From positions 1,922,001-1,986,000 of the forward strand of contig AP024664.1 of the NCBI GenBank assembly GCA_024346625.1: 64,000 nt of DNA. Direction: 5' to 3'. Origin of the DNA: Williopsis jadinii. Lineage: Eukaryota. Both the position numbers and the translations under genes were made by a program. The notes beneath the pieces were generated by a model. It was not told where the DNA came from, did no database searches, and worked only from the letters and a program-made list of their open reading frames with translations. Each line of letters begins with the position of its first letter. The stretch's first letter is position 1. Below, one piece after another: positions 11,396 through 22,803 of this stretch.

Positions 11396-12052
11396 TTCTT
11401 CATTGAGGTGATTATTGTCAACTCTCTTCTTTCAAGGATGTGCATGTGCGTGTGTCAACGCTCAGCGTCTTACTTACCAGGAAATCCCTGAACTCTCACG
11501 TTTGTTTTTATATTGTATTTGTGTTTGTTTCTTTTCTTTTTGCTTGATATCGTTGGCTGAATATTACTCGACATGATTTGTTCTTCCTTTGTTTAAATAT
11601 GTTACCCCTCTTGTTTGAGATTGCTCCATTTGTTTATCACACAGTTTCTTGTCCATGTTACATGCATTGCTGATGGTTGTTTTTTTTGTTTGCTTTGTCA
11701 TTATTTTTTTACGATCCCATCTGTTTTTTGAGCTTTATATCATTCTTACGCCGTGCATACGTGTTTTGTTTACTACCACTTGTGAAAGTACCTTCCTAAG
11801 TTTTGATGTGGTGCCATTTTAGGCGGGTACATGATTTGTTTTTTGTCATGATTTTTTCTTTACTCAGTGGGGAAGCCTTACTTATTCATAAAAACACTAC
11901 CATTCTACTTTTATCAAGAACTAATATGTAGTTGCTTTGTTTGTACCAATTGGTCTCACGTCATTGCTCGAATTAATGTTGTATGTAAAGCTTACTCAAC
12001 AAAACAATACTACTAAGGATGCTAAACAGATAGAGTTTCTGTTCTTGAAGTC

Positions 12053-12124
12053 GGTTGTATAGTGTAGTGGTTATCACTTTCGGTTTTGATCCGAACAACC
12101 CCGGTTCGAATCCGGGTACGACCT
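12053..12124 (+). tRNA. tRNA-Gln (anticodon TTG), intronless
   Basis: Acceptor stem GGTTGTA/TACGACC, A box TAGTGTAGTGG, anticodon arm TTCGG-TTTTGAT-CCGAA, B box GGTTCGAATCC, followed by a poly-T Pol III terminator. Confidence 0.95.
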
Positions 12125-12441
12125 TTTTTGTTTTTGTGAATCCTGTCAACTGTAAGTAGCAAACACCAACTTGTTTTCATCGAGTATCAGCTGCTGGAAA
12201 TAGTTAGTATCCAATGGAGGTGCTTTATAAGTCTCTTGTTATTCTTTTATACACACAGATATATTCTGTAACCTAAAGCGCTCAGTATAGTATGCATTTA
12301 TGATGCCCATTAATCTTGAAACTCGGTTGTGGTTGCAGTTTGTTTTTGATGATTAGGCTACAAAGCCAAAGAAAACCGCAGTCATCAGTCCCTTGTTACA
12401 TGTAATACAACGTGTCGTGTCGATTATAAAACAGATATCCA

Positions 12442-15400
12442 CTAATCATAATAGTAACCATTAGCAATATACCTGATCATATATTCATCAATGTGACCAA
12501 ACCCTTCATCATCTTGACCAAACGACTCGTGCTGTTCTTTATTATTTTCACCTGCTTCATTTTCGTCGAAGTCAACGTCGTCCAAGTTGACCTCTTTCAT
12601 GGCTTCCTTAGCAGCCTTGGCATCGGTCTCATCCTCAGCCTGTGCCAGTGCACTGTTAAGCCTTGTTGAATCATGGAATAATGGCTTGGAGTCATCGAGA
12701 TCATCATTACCTTGATCGCCGAGTAAATCTTTCACAGAAAGCTTACTGAAATAATCAGTTGTAAATTCACCTTCTTGGATAACAACGTTATCCAAGTGTC
12801 TCTTTTGATTAGCCTTTTTCAAAATGTTAGATTCAATGGTATACTCAGATACAAATCTGTAGATGTGAACGTCTCTGGTTTGTCCGATACGGTGACAACG
12901 ATCTTGACACTGCTTATCCATTGCAGGATTCCAATCAGAATCATAGAAGATCACGGTATCTGCACCCGTAAGATTGATACCTAAACCTCCTGATCTAGTT
13001 GATAAAATAAATACCGTGATCTTTGGATCAGAGTTGAATCTCTCAGTGAGAATTTGACGATCCTCGATCTTCGTTGCACCATCAAGTCTCATATACCTTA
13101 CACCCATGATGTTCAAGAATTGTTCCAAAATATCCAACACTTTCGTCATTTGAGTAAAGATCAATGCACGATGACCTCCGTCTTTTAGTTGCTGCAAAAG
13201 CTTGGAAAGCTTCTGCAATTTTCCACAATCGTACAACAATAAACTCTTATCAGGAAATTGAATGGATAATTTCGTTTGTATCTCATGAAAAGGGTTCTCT
13301 ATCTGCGTCACTTTCGAAGTCAGTTCATTCTCGAGTTCCCTTGAAACACTGAGTTTTTTCATGTTCAAAGTCACAACTGCAGGTGTAACAAACGCAAATC
13401 GATCCACCGTATCTTTCATGTCCAAGATCCTTGTTTTCAGAGGTTTTATCATTTCATTACCATACGATGGTTGCAAATCAAAAGGTTCAACGACACTGAG
13501 AAGTTTTAAAACATTGGCACCATATACTGGCATTTTCCCACATCTTAGCTGATTCAGATATAGGGTTTGCTCTAAATGGCTTTTTAAATTCTTCTTTTCA
13601 CTAAACGTAGTGTAGTCATAGAACTCTTTTATATCAGAATAGTTTGGCACATGCTCTTTGGAAGTCTCAGAAGCCAAAACTTCGATTTGTTTGTGAAATT
13701 CAGTTGATGATTGTAGCTTGTTTATAGTAGAACAGTGAGACGTATACAGCCCGTCTTTCTCAAACTGAGTGAAGTTCAGATTCAAAACATCGAAGTCAAC
13801 ATCTGTGTCCATTCTTTTAGAACTCAGAAGCCTCATTATTGTGTACTCTGTGGTATCATATGAAGTGATGACCGAATGAGGTACAGCAAAAGATGTCAGA
13901 ATTGGCCTCTCTTCAAATAAATCTGGATGATTGCACACTTTTCTCAATTGCATCAAACAGTTGATAATTGATATGTAGTTAGCATTCCTTAACATATCCT
14001 TGGTGTCACTTCTCGCCAGATATTCGTGATACAATTTGTACTGTCGTTTTGATAAACGACAAACAACAACATGCTCATGTTTTGCGGGCATCTGTGATTC
14101 AACATCTGCTTTGAGACGACGTAAGAGGTACGGTCTTAAAACTTGATGCAATTTGGAAACTGTCTTCTTGGATTCAAGATCAATTTCTGAATTACCTCCC
14201 TCAATGATTTTATCAACAGGCTTTCCAAACCATTGTTGAAAGTCCTCCAAGTTTGCAAAACCAGATGGCATGCTTTGTGTAGCTTTGGAAGAAGGCATAA
14301 GAAAGTACAGTAGGGACCACAACTCCATAATATTGTTCTGCAGTGGAGTTCCTGTCAACAACAATCTGTTCTCTGTGTTAAAGTTCAACAAAGCATTCCA
14401 ACGATTGGATTTGAAGTTCTTGATATTATGTGCTTCATCCAAGATCATATATCTCCATTTTTTTCTCTTGAAAATTTGTTGATCTTGACAAACAAGCTGA
14501 TAAGATGTTATACAGACGTGGAAAGTATCAGGCTTATTCCAACCTTTTCTTTTTTCCTTTCTCTGCTGAGGAGACCCATAGTATACCATTAATTTGAACC
14601 CAGGCGCAAACCTCTTGAATTCCATTTCCCAGTTCAAAAGCACAGATGTAGGAACCACGATCAGATGAGGCCCCCAAATTCCCTTGAAAACAGCCAGATA
14701 ACATATCAAACTAATTGTTTGAATAGTTTTACCAAGACCCATTTCATCTGCCAGAATACCATTCGTGTGATTGTTGTACAAACTTGCAAGCCAATTAAGA
14801 CCCTGCTTTTGGTACGATCTCAAGTTTCCTCTGAGGAGTAAGTCAGGAACCGGAACATCCACAACACCGCCATCTGCTGTCTCAGTTGAGGCTCTGGACG
14901 TTTTAGTGATGCTTTTCTCTGCATCTGGCGTGGAACTTGGTGTCAATATGTCCTTCGCTTGATCTTCTGGGGTTGTTTTTATTGATTCACTTTCTGCTTC
15001 GTCGGTTGATTCGTTTTCGCTTCTCGCAGAGTATTCGTTGTCTTCGTCGTCTGCTGCAACATTACCAAACAGAGAAGCCAAGCCACCATGTTCAGAAGCA
15101 TCCTCTTCTCCTGGTTCTTCTTCTTCAGAGTCTTCCATTTCGCTATCCGAGTCCTCATCAGAGCTTAAGGATGTATCACTGTCCAAGAGTGAATCATGTT
15201 CAGCGGCATTTTCATTCTCTAATACAGTTTTCTCTTGTTCAGTCAATTCAACAGGTGTTTCGTCTTTATCGGTGTCCTCTGGGACAGGTTCGTCTCTATC
15301 GGTCTCTTCTGGAACGGTTGTTTCACGTTCTGTAGCTTCACTGACTTCCTCAAAATCCAAACCTTGTAGATGACCGTACTTTGCTTTCAACTGCTCAACA

Positions 15401-17007
15401 GTTAGTTTAGAGTCATCCACATCCTGTAACTTGTCATCAACAAAATCTGAGAGATCCCCAGAATCACTCTGATGACTGATTTCACTGACATCCTCATCAT
15501 CGCTCTGCTTCGACATTTGTGCCTCAAGTAGTTGTGTTGAGTGCTCAAGCATTTGACTTAGATGCTCTTTGCCTTTAATACGTTTTAACTCCTCAATTTC
15601 CTGTTTCTTCAGAATTCTATATGCCTTTTCAGCCATAGTCCATCTCTTTTTGACAGCCTGTATTGCATTTCGTGCCAAAGCCTTGAGACGTCTCTCTTCT
15701 TCTTTGCGCGCGCGTTCTTCAGCACCGACAAGTCTCTTGAAATGACTTTCCACCATCTGTGAAACCTTTCTGGCTCTTTGAATCCTTGCCCTCTTACTGT
15801 CACCAATCAACTTCGAAAGGTAAACAGCTTGACCTACCAAATGGTCATGATGTGTATGTTGGTTTCTTAAAGGGTCTTTGAAAGGACGTGGTAAGGGAAC
15901 CTTAGTCACATTAAACTCTGAATCAACAGCAAGAACATTATTCTGTACAGCACGTTTGAAATTTTCAACAAACTCACGTTGTGCCTGGATATGTGATTCG
16001 TATTGCTCCGGAGTGATGTCTTCATCAAGAGACCTGAAGGAGCTCAGATATCCTTCAAGTGATCCAAATTCAGATTTAGCGACGTGTTCCGGAGCAGTTA
16101 TTGTTGCTTGTGGGGGATTTAACAAGAGGTGAAGTTTAGGAACAGGTCCATTCTCGATAAACAACGGTAGGGAATCCTCATCCAGTGAATCCTCATTATC
16201 CTCATCTTCTTCTTCATCATCGTCATCACTATCCTCCGTTCCCTCGATAACTTGTTCCAGTTCGTCTCCAGAGAGTTCCTTAGAACGTGATCCTTTATGC
16301 CCTGCTTTAGATTTAGCCCTTGCCTGTTTCGACTGAACAGAGCCCTTCCTCACTTTCTGTTTCTCTGCTATGGCAGTGTCTTTACGTCTCTTTGGCAGAA
16401 TAGACGCTGGCTCGCTGCTCTGTATTGATTTTTTCACATTTTCTTCCTTCAAGAAATGATCTCTGTAGTACTGCGATGGATGGAACACTTCCTCAACGAA
16501 TTTTGCCTCAGACTTTTCAACGTCTGAAATCAGAGGGTTAACAACAACTCTTTTACTACGCCTGGACTTTCGTGAGCTCCCACCAGTCACCGGTTCATCG
16601 TCGTTCCATAAATCGTATTTATCCTCTAGGTAATCATTATGCAGTTTGGAATTGGAGAAATCAGGTTCCCATGTAACCAGCGACGTGAATCGCTGAAGGT
16701 GTGCCAGTTCTGAGGACAACAGATGATGCGCTGCGCTGAGTTTACCCAACAGATCAAGACCGTCAACATCTCCACCTTCCTGACGATACCTCTGAAGCGC
16801 CTCTTGATCTTCTATGTACTTCACACCGTCAATCTCAACAACACTCTGAGAGACACCACTGTCAAGTTGATGTTGCCGTGAAGCCGCTGAGCGGATGGAT
16901 TTCCGTCTCTTGTTGGGATTCTCAGTGTTGGCGATACTCACAGTGTCAGAAACTTCAACTTTACGCAGTCTTCCACTGTGGCGCCTATTCTTAGAGTCTG
17001 AGGACAT
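12442..17007 (-). CDS. SWR1: Swr1 Snf2-family chromatin-remodelling ATPase (H2A.Z deposition)
   Basis: HSA region, GILADEMGLGKT, DEAH, split helicase domain, QCQDRCHRIGQTRDV. Confidence 0.95.
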   Translation of the reverse strand: MSSDSKNRRHSGRLRKVEVSDTVSIANTENPNKRRKSIRSAASRQHQLDSGVSQSVVEIDGVKYIEDQEALQRYRQEGGDVDGLDLLGKLSAAHHLLSSELAHLQRFTSLVTWEPDFSNSKLHNDYLEDKYDLWNDDEPVTGGSSRKSRRSKRVVVNPLISDVEKSEAKFVEEVFHPSQYYRDHFLKEENVKKSIQSSEPASILPKRRKDTAIAEKQKVRKGSVQSKQARAKSKAGHKGSRSKELSGDELEQVIEGTEDSDDDDEEEDEDNEDSLDEDSLPLFIENGPVPKLHLLLNPPQATITAPEHVAKSEFGSLEGYLSSFRSLDEDITPEQYESHIQAQREFVENFKRAVQNNVLAVDSEFNVTKVPLPRPFKDPLRNQHTHHDHLVGQAVYLSKLIGDSKRARIQRARKVSQMVESHFKRLVGAEERARKEEERRLKALARNAIQAVKKRWTMAEKAYRILKKQEIEELKRIKGKEHLSQMLEHSTQLLEAQMSKQSDDEDVSEISHQSDSGDLSDFVDDKLQDVDDSKLTVEQLKAKYGHLQGLDFEEVSEATERETTVPEETDRDEPVPEDTDKDETPVELTEQEKTVLENENAAEHDSLLDSDTSLSSDEDSDSEMEDSEEEEPGEEDASEHGGLASLFGNVAADDEDNEYSARSENESTDEAESESIKTTPEDQAKDILTPSSTPDAEKSITKTSRASTETADGGVVDVPVPDLLLRGNLRSYQKQGLNWLASLYNNHTNGILADEMGLGKTIQTISLICYLAVFKGIWGPHLIVVPTSVLLNWEMEFKRFAPGFKLMVYYGSPQQRKEKRKGWNKPDTFHVCITSYQLVCQDQQIFKRKKWRYMILDEAHNIKNFKSNRWNALLNFNTENRLLLTGTPLQNNIMELWSLLYFLMPSSKATQSMPSGFANLEDFQQWFGKPVDKIIEGGNSEIDLESKKTVSKLHQVLRPYLLRRLKADVESQMPAKHEHVVVCRLSKRQYKLYHEYLARSDTKDMLRNANYISIINCLMQLRKVCNHPDLFEERPILTSFAVPHSVITSYDTTEYTIMRLLSSKRMDTDVDFDVLNLNFTQFEKDGLYTSHCSTINKLQSSTEFHKQIEVLASETSKEHVPNYSDIKEFYDYTTFSEKKNLKSHLEQTLYLNQLRCGKMPVYGANVLKLLSVVEPFDLQPSYGNEMIKPLKTRILDMKDTVDRFAFVTPAVVTLNMKKLSVSRELENELTSKVTQIENPFHEIQTKLSIQFPDKSLLLYDCGKLQKLSKLLQQLKDGGHRALIFTQMTKVLDILEQFLNIMGVRYMRLDGATKIEDRQILTERFNSDPKITVFILSTRSGGLGINLTGADTVIFYDSDWNPAMDKQCQDRCHRIGQTRDVHIYRFVSEYTIESNILKKANQKRHLDNVVIQEGEFTTDYFSKLSVKDLLGDQGNDDLDDSKPLFHDSTRLNSALAQAEDETDAKAAKEAMKEVNLDDVDFDENEAGENNKEQHESFGQDDEGFGHIDEYMIRYIANGYYYD

Positions 17008-17351
17008 CCCAACAAACTAAATCAGTTATCAAACCAGCCACTGAGTATATGCAAAATGCCAATTCAAAGCTAAGCGCCTCAGGTAGTTTTATCGTAGTAC
17101 TTTCTTAAGCCTTCTTTCTTGTTTTTGTTTGGCTTTTCGGTTTTGTGTTGATGTTTTGATTTTTCTTTGGCGCTCGCCTTTCAAACACCATTTTTTTTTG
17201 CCCAAATTTTGTTTTCGCAAAATTTCGCTACTAGTGTTCGCCCTTTTCCTATTCTGTCCAAAAATTCGTTGATTCATATACTGGCTATTAATGCGTCTAC
17301 AGATTTGCAAATATATCATTAAAAGAATCGTCATTAGATAGTACAATCACA

Positions 17352-20300
17352 TTAAAATTTGAATTTGAGTTTGAGTTTTGGTTTTAACTTTGCCGGTGAT
17401 GTGGTGACTGGATTAATTGATGGAATAGTTGATGTTTCCACAGGTTGCGACTTGGATTTTGGTGGAACTGTTAGATCAAGACGTAGAGAGCCTTCTGAAA
17501 TAGCCTTTAATTTATCGCTCTGTATTTTCAGCGATACTTTCTTCGATTTGATTGGAGAAGAGGATACAAGAATATGTGACTGCCCCTTACGATAGATGAT
17601 CTTCACATATCTCAGCTTAGCTGGACCGTGGCGTCTAATCTTGGCCCTCACAGTGGTTGACTTGTTCTTCAGAATTGGCTTCGAAACTGACTTTCTGCGT
17701 TGGATCACAGGTGCCTTTTGAGTAGGGGGCTTTGCAGTTGACGGCTTCGCAATGATAGGGAGTGAGATCTTGAAGTAACCTTCTCTCTTGAAAAGAACAA
17801 CACCACGGCCTTGGTTCTCAGCGACAAGTCTTTTCTCTCTAGGCATAGGAAGTGTCACAGCTAGAGTATCCAATGAAGGGATCACCACAGCTATCATATC
17901 GAATAAATCTCTTTTCAGCCCTATGCTCAATAGCGGGTTTCTGACTGTGTTCCACATCTCTCTTTGAAGGGGAATGTATTCGCTATATTGTCGTCTGAGT
18001 AGGTCAATGGCACCCTTCAAACTCGTTCGAGATGCCGCATCTCTTCTAGACTCAAAAGCATGGCTGTTTCCTTCCTCGATGATTATTCCATTATTGGCAG
18101 AACTGTCTTCAGTAACATCAATAGGACGGCTGAGTTCATCTTCATCGAGTTCTGCTGAACAACCTTCTATAACAGAAGCGGCCAATCCTCTGGAGAGCGC
18201 AAGCGCAAGGCCATTTTTCAAATAGCCACTTCGCTCAAATAACAATGTCATGAAGAAGTACTTCATAATACCGGAATTCTTCAGCGCACCCATTTGGAAT
18301 AGACCTTCAAAAGCAGCTATTCTGATATCAGGCGAGTTCGTGTTACAGGTCCGTTCAATCATATATTCCGGCGTGATCTCCAAAAGACCACTGGCACGAA
18401 GGCGCAGCTTCTGCCTAAGCGCAACAACACTCACCGAGCTCTTTTCTGTCCATTCATCCATTTTTTGCTGTCTTGAAATCTCTCCTATTGCGTGGTTGAG
18501 GAAACGCTTTTCATCATCGTTTAATTCGTTCAAGGACGGCGTATTTGCGATAATAGCAGATGTGAGACACTCAAGTAAATGACCCACGTAATGTGTATCA
18601 CTGTAGTTATTTCCAAGATTTTGATTGTACTTCAAGATGGATAACAAAAAACGTTTCACATCCAAAGGACACCTTTGATTCTCATCCCTAATAAGAGATA
18701 ATGCCAGCGGTATAGCATTTTTTATGAAATACGTAGGGAAGTCAGAGAAATCATTCGGCATAGGCATCTCGGAGTTTTGGAAACAGAACAACCTTTTGAA
18801 AGCAAGAAGAAGGTGTTCTTTGGAGATCCAATTGGTCTCCTTCTTGGCTAGCTTTGCCATCGCCAAGGCTGCTGAAACTCTGATTCCATAGTAGTATCTG
18901 TCATCCATCAACGTCCTCAACAAGATAGAAGAATAAAGAGCCGATGGCTGAGAGTTTTCAAAATAGTGAATCGATTCCAATTGTGCCTCCACATCTCTAT
19001 CCTGTTGTAATTGTGATGCATACATATAATCAGGCTGGGTCAAGTGAATCTTACAGATCCATTCGAAGTCAGCGTCAATTCTGATCCACTCAAATGCTTC
19101 ATTCGTCATCTTCATTTCTTCCTCTTTACTCCAGTCAGTTAACTTCCAGTCACTGATGTCATTTGGCGTTTGTAAAATATCTCCTAAACAGTGAAGAAGG
19201 ATTTGGTCATCTTCTTCAGCGGCTTCCTTAGCCTCTTTCTCCGATTTGATTTGCTTCTGACTTCTTTTCAGCCTTTTATATTTTGTATTGTATTGAATGT
19301 CAAGTTTGGTGAAGCCTTCTTTCAGATCAACGATGTGTTCGTATGGCGTTCCATCGGCTTCATGAATACGAATAGTCATTGGGCCCGTGAACAACTGATG
19401 ACTCTTGATTTTTGTACCTGATTCAGATTCAACGTTAATCTTGTGAACAGCATTTGGGATAAAGTTATCTTTTGTTGGTTGCTTTTCAAGTGGATCCTGG
19501 CCCTGAACTTGTCTGATACCCATTTCAATGAACATTCTTTTCTTGTTAAACCTTTGACTAACCATGAAGACAGGTACACCGGAGCCATGAACCCACTGTC
19601 TAAAAAAAGTCTCTAGTCTGTTGTGGTTCACCTTTTCACACACGTGCTGGAAATGATGAGTACTCAAACTACCGTTAGGTAAGTCTCCAGACATGCACTG
19701 CAGGAAAATTTTTGGAAATACCCTTGAAAGACCAAATGATTGTTTAGTCATTCTCTTATCCAAAATGAAGAGAACAATTGGAGCTTTGAGTTTGACAAAG
19801 TCGAGATCCTTATGGGCAACTGGGAATGCGAAATTTGGCTTTGAGAGAGGATCTTTCCCGACGTCTTCTTCACAAATACGTTCAGCTTGTCTCTTGATCC
19901 TGTATTTATACTCGTTCAAACCCATAAGATCCTTAATAAACTGAAGAGCCATGTAATGAGCAATTCCAACAGTGATCCAAATATCATTGTAAGTGCTTGG
20001 TACGACGTATATTCCGGACCATTGTTCTGCTAAAGAGACCAACAACTTGTATGTACTGTCAAAGAGAGGGTCAATTTCATTGATCGAGTACAATAGTCTA
20101 TCATTCAGTAGAGTGAACCCACAGAAGCCATTGTAGTCAACGTCAAGATCGTTGATAAATACAAGAGCACAACTTGCATTTGGATAAGAACCAAACTCCT
20201 TTGAGAAAAAGTCCAAGGCCTTATGCATGAAGATTGTTGTGTTTAATGCATCAGAGGTCTGATGGGGGAAGCAGTATACAGCAATAGGGACAGAGGATGT

Positions 20301-21341
20301 GTCCTTTTCCCTTGCTGCATCATCATCTTGGAAGTTTATTAGTGGAACTTGGACAAAGGGACCCACCACAAAGCCGATATGGTGAGCAGAAGTGGCATTG
20401 TACAAATCGATAGAGACAGATTTCTTAGCCAAGTCCACAGGATGCGCATTTTCCTTTTGCCCTGCAAAATCTCCAAACACAACCGAAATCTCAGTGCTTT
20501 CATCCTCATCCTCATCATCTTCAGTGGCGTTTAAAGTGTTAGAATCGAGAGCACCAATGAGTTTCGAAACACCAATTTGCTTAACTGTTTTCGGTACCCC
20601 AATGTCAAGTGTCCATGAGCACTTATCCACAAGGCTATCAACACATGGTACCCAGGAAGACGTCGAAACACCATAAGATGTGTTTGAAGTGTAAGCGTAC
20701 CATTCGTTTTTAGACAAGGAGGATCCTTTTCCACCGACAAAGTGCAGACCTGTGGTTGGGTTCTTCAAAGAATACTCGATTCTGATCTTCACATTCGTAT
20801 AAAACATTTCAAGATTTGTAGCCTTATGACTGCCAGGAGTGTGCGTTTGGCCTCCATGTGGAGTCATTCCCGATATCGTGGACGGGTCTTGTGGATATAA
20901 CTTCAAGTTATCAGGCATTATTATCGTCAACTCCTCTGTATGTTCACCTCTGAACATCTTTTCATGTTGACCCTTATAGAAATGGTATTGATGAACATCG
21001 TTGAACACCGACTTCCTCTCCCCTAGTAGAGCATCGTATTCCTCTCTCAAGGGGTCCTCATACAAGTACTGGGCTCTTTTCCCGTTGACCAACACAGACT
21101 CAATGGTCAATTGACGGCAGTCCAATTTGACAAACTTCAACACCGGCTCTGTAGGAGTTACAATGATCGTCGTTGATCCAACAATGCTTCTATTTTCCAA
21201 ATCCACATCCAAATTCACAATCTGTTCGGTTACCCTGTAGTTCCTGAGCGAAGACGAGCCCGCTAACCCTTTGGCAAACGCTCCTGGTGTGTGTGTTGTT
21301 GAGCCTATACCTGCCGCACTGGGATGGTCATATGAAGGCAT
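17352..21341 (-). CDS. TAF2: TFIID subunit Taf2 (aminopeptidase-like fold)
   Basis: FTGPMTIRIHEADGTPYEH, FNKKRMFIEMGIRQ and EWIRIDADFEW motifs. Confidence 0.95.
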   Translation of the reverse strand: MPSYDHPSAAGIGSTTHTPGAFAKGLAGSSSLRNYRVTEQIVNLDVDLENRSIVGSTTIIVTPTEPVLKFVKLDCRQLTIESVLVNGKRAQYLYEDPLREEYDALLGERKSVFNDVHQYHFYKGQHEKMFRGEHTEELTIIMPDNLKLYPQDPSTISGMTPHGGQTHTPGSHKATNLEMFYTNVKIRIEYSLKNPTTGLHFVGGKGSSLSKNEWYAYTSNTSYGVSTSSWVPCVDSLVDKCSWTLDIGVPKTVKQIGVSKLIGALDSNTLNATEDDEDEDESTEISVVFGDFAGQKENAHPVDLAKKSVSIDLYNATSAHHIGFVVGPFVQVPLINFQDDDAAREKDTSSVPIAVYCFPHQTSDALNTTIFMHKALDFFSKEFGSYPNASCALVFINDLDVDYNGFCGFTLLNDRLLYSINEIDPLFDSTYKLLVSLAEQWSGIYVVPSTYNDIWITVGIAHYMALQFIKDLMGLNEYKYRIKRQAERICEEDVGKDPLSKPNFAFPVAHKDLDFVKLKAPIVLFILDKRMTKQSFGLSRVFPKIFLQCMSGDLPNGSLSTHHFQHVCEKVNHNRLETFFRQWVHGSGVPVFMVSQRFNKKRMFIEMGIRQVQGQDPLEKQPTKDNFIPNAVHKINVESESGTKIKSHQLFTGPMTIRIHEADGTPYEHIVDLKEGFTKLDIQYNTKYKRLKRSQKQIKSEKEAKEAAEEDDQILLHCLGDILQTPNDISDWKLTDWSKEEEMKMTNEAFEWIRIDADFEWICKIHLTQPDYMYASQLQQDRDVEAQLESIHYFENSQPSALYSSILLRTLMDDRYYYGIRVSAALAMAKLAKKETNWISKEHLLLAFKRLFCFQNSEMPMPNDFSDFPTYFIKNAIPLALSLIRDENQRCPLDVKRFLLSILKYNQNLGNNYSDTHYVGHLLECLTSAIIANTPSLNELNDDEKRFLNHAIGEISRQQKMDEWTEKSSVSVVALRQKLRLRASGLLEITPEYMIERTCNTNSPDIRIAAFEGLFQMGALKNSGIMKYFFMTLLFERSGYLKNGLALALSRGLAASVIEGCSAELDEDELSRPIDVTEDSSANNGIIIEEGNSHAFESRRDAASRTSLKGAIDLLRRQYSEYIPLQREMWNTVRNPLLSIGLKRDLFDMIAVVIPSLDTLAVTLPMPREKRLVAENQGRGVVLFKREGYFKISLPIIAKPSTAKPPTQKAPVIQRRKSVSKPILKNKSTTVRAKIRRHGPAKLRYVKIIYRKGQSHILVSSSPIKSKKVSLKIQSDKLKAISEGSLRLDLTVPPKSKSQPVETSTIPSINPVTTSPAKLKPKLKLKFKF

Positions 21342-21573
21342 TGCGTCCTGCTGTGATGATAAATGCCAGGCTATCAGCGTCTATTGGAGCAAGCAAGAAG
21401 GAACAAAGCAATAAAACAAGGATAGGACGTAAGCGCCGTGATGTAGCGCTCCTGTTTTCCCAAAGTGTTGATGATGTTTACGTCTGTTGTTGTTGTTCTT
21501 CTTGGATTGCGTGTGCTTTTTTTGTGGTTGGCTGTTCGGTGAATTGAGTTCATGATGACGTAATCAAGTCGGT

Positions 21574-21614
21574 AAAATTTTCACTCGGCTTTCGAGAGAG
21601 ATAGAGCTCATCGC
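21574..21614. promoter_or_regulatory. RRPE + PAC ribosome-biogenesis promoter elements
   Basis: AAAATTTTCA at 21574-21583 and GCTCATCGC at 21606-21614, 70-110 bp upstream of ATG 21685. Confidence 0.65.
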
Positions 21615-21684
21615 GCAATACTTTTGAATCTATACGGTCTATCTTTTGGCCTATTTGTCTTTGAATACAAAGGAGTGTACGATA

Positions 21685-22002
21685 ATGGCACAGAAGCAGA
21701 AGAGCTCAGCTAAGAAGAACAACAACAGTAAGACGAAAAAGTCTTTCAAAGTATCGAAAAGCTCATCCAGAACCACGGCTTCTAAAGTCATCGCATCGAA
21801 TTCGCTTGATTTGGCGGACATAATTAACGCTGCCGCTATAGCTGGTAAAGGACAGAAGGGCAGAAAGCAAGAAGGCAAGAGTACGATGCTACAGACGAAT
21901 AAAATGCAGGAAGATATCAAGAAGGACAAAGAGATGATCAACAACGGGAAGGAAGAGACGCAGAAGACACAGAACCTGTTGGACAAGCTGGATCTTCTAT
22001 GA
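21685..22002 (+). CDS. Small lysine-rich hypothetical protein (105 aa), candidate nucleolar factor
   Basis: ATG in good context (ATAATGG), K-rich composition, RRPE/PAC upstream. No family recognised. Confidence 0.65.
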   Translation: MAQKQKSSAKKNNNSKTKKSFKVSKSSSRTTASKVIASNSLDLADIINAAAIAGKGQKGRKQEGKSTMLQTNKMQEDIKKDKEMINNGKEETQKTQNLLDKLDLL

Positions 22003-22803
22003 TTGCATCCGTCTACGTACCTGGTTGATACGCTTGTGTAAGAGATATGCGCTGTTGCTTCTTTTGCTCTATACATTGGAATCAAAGAATTGAAGTGAAA
22101 CTATGTTCCCTCCCCCTCTTGTGTGATATCCAGATACTCACAAACTTGTCACGTATGAGATCTTTTAGAAGACTCCTTGCTTCTCCAGTTGAAACGTCCT
22201 AGAGATGAACAGGTATACATTTTCAGTGCTTGTCGTTGAAAATCTTTCTCGAGAGTCTCAAAGTTATAGGCCCCAAGAAGATGAATAGCTTACCTTTCCA
22301 ATCAAATGGGTCGGATCCCAGTTGTACCAAGATTTTGTGATGAGCTCACCAAGGCTCTGTATGCTTTCGCAGATATTCTGATGATCATCCTCGGTGCATA
22401 TTGCACGGGAAGATAATCATGTCACTTAAACATGAGAATTATAAACATCTATTTCAAAGGACATAGTCTGACCCCATTTACTTTGATGATATCAAATTTT
22501 TACCTAAAGGAGACTTACTCCCATCCCGTAACAGTCAGAGGGGGGATTGAATACTCTAAACTGACGTCAACTTAGACATCAGTTACTCATGATTGGTGTA
22601 CGCACATATGCACAAGGCTCTAACATGCAGCAGTACAACCGTGGATAATCAAGATGAAGCCATTTGACAAACGCTAGCACCAGCGATCAACACGGCTTTC
22701 ATCAACGAATGGACTTTTCACTTATCGAAGTCTAAAAGATATCCGATATCAGTTCAACAGCACCAGAAGAGAAAGACCAAATGTTGACTCTTCTAGAACA
22801 ATA

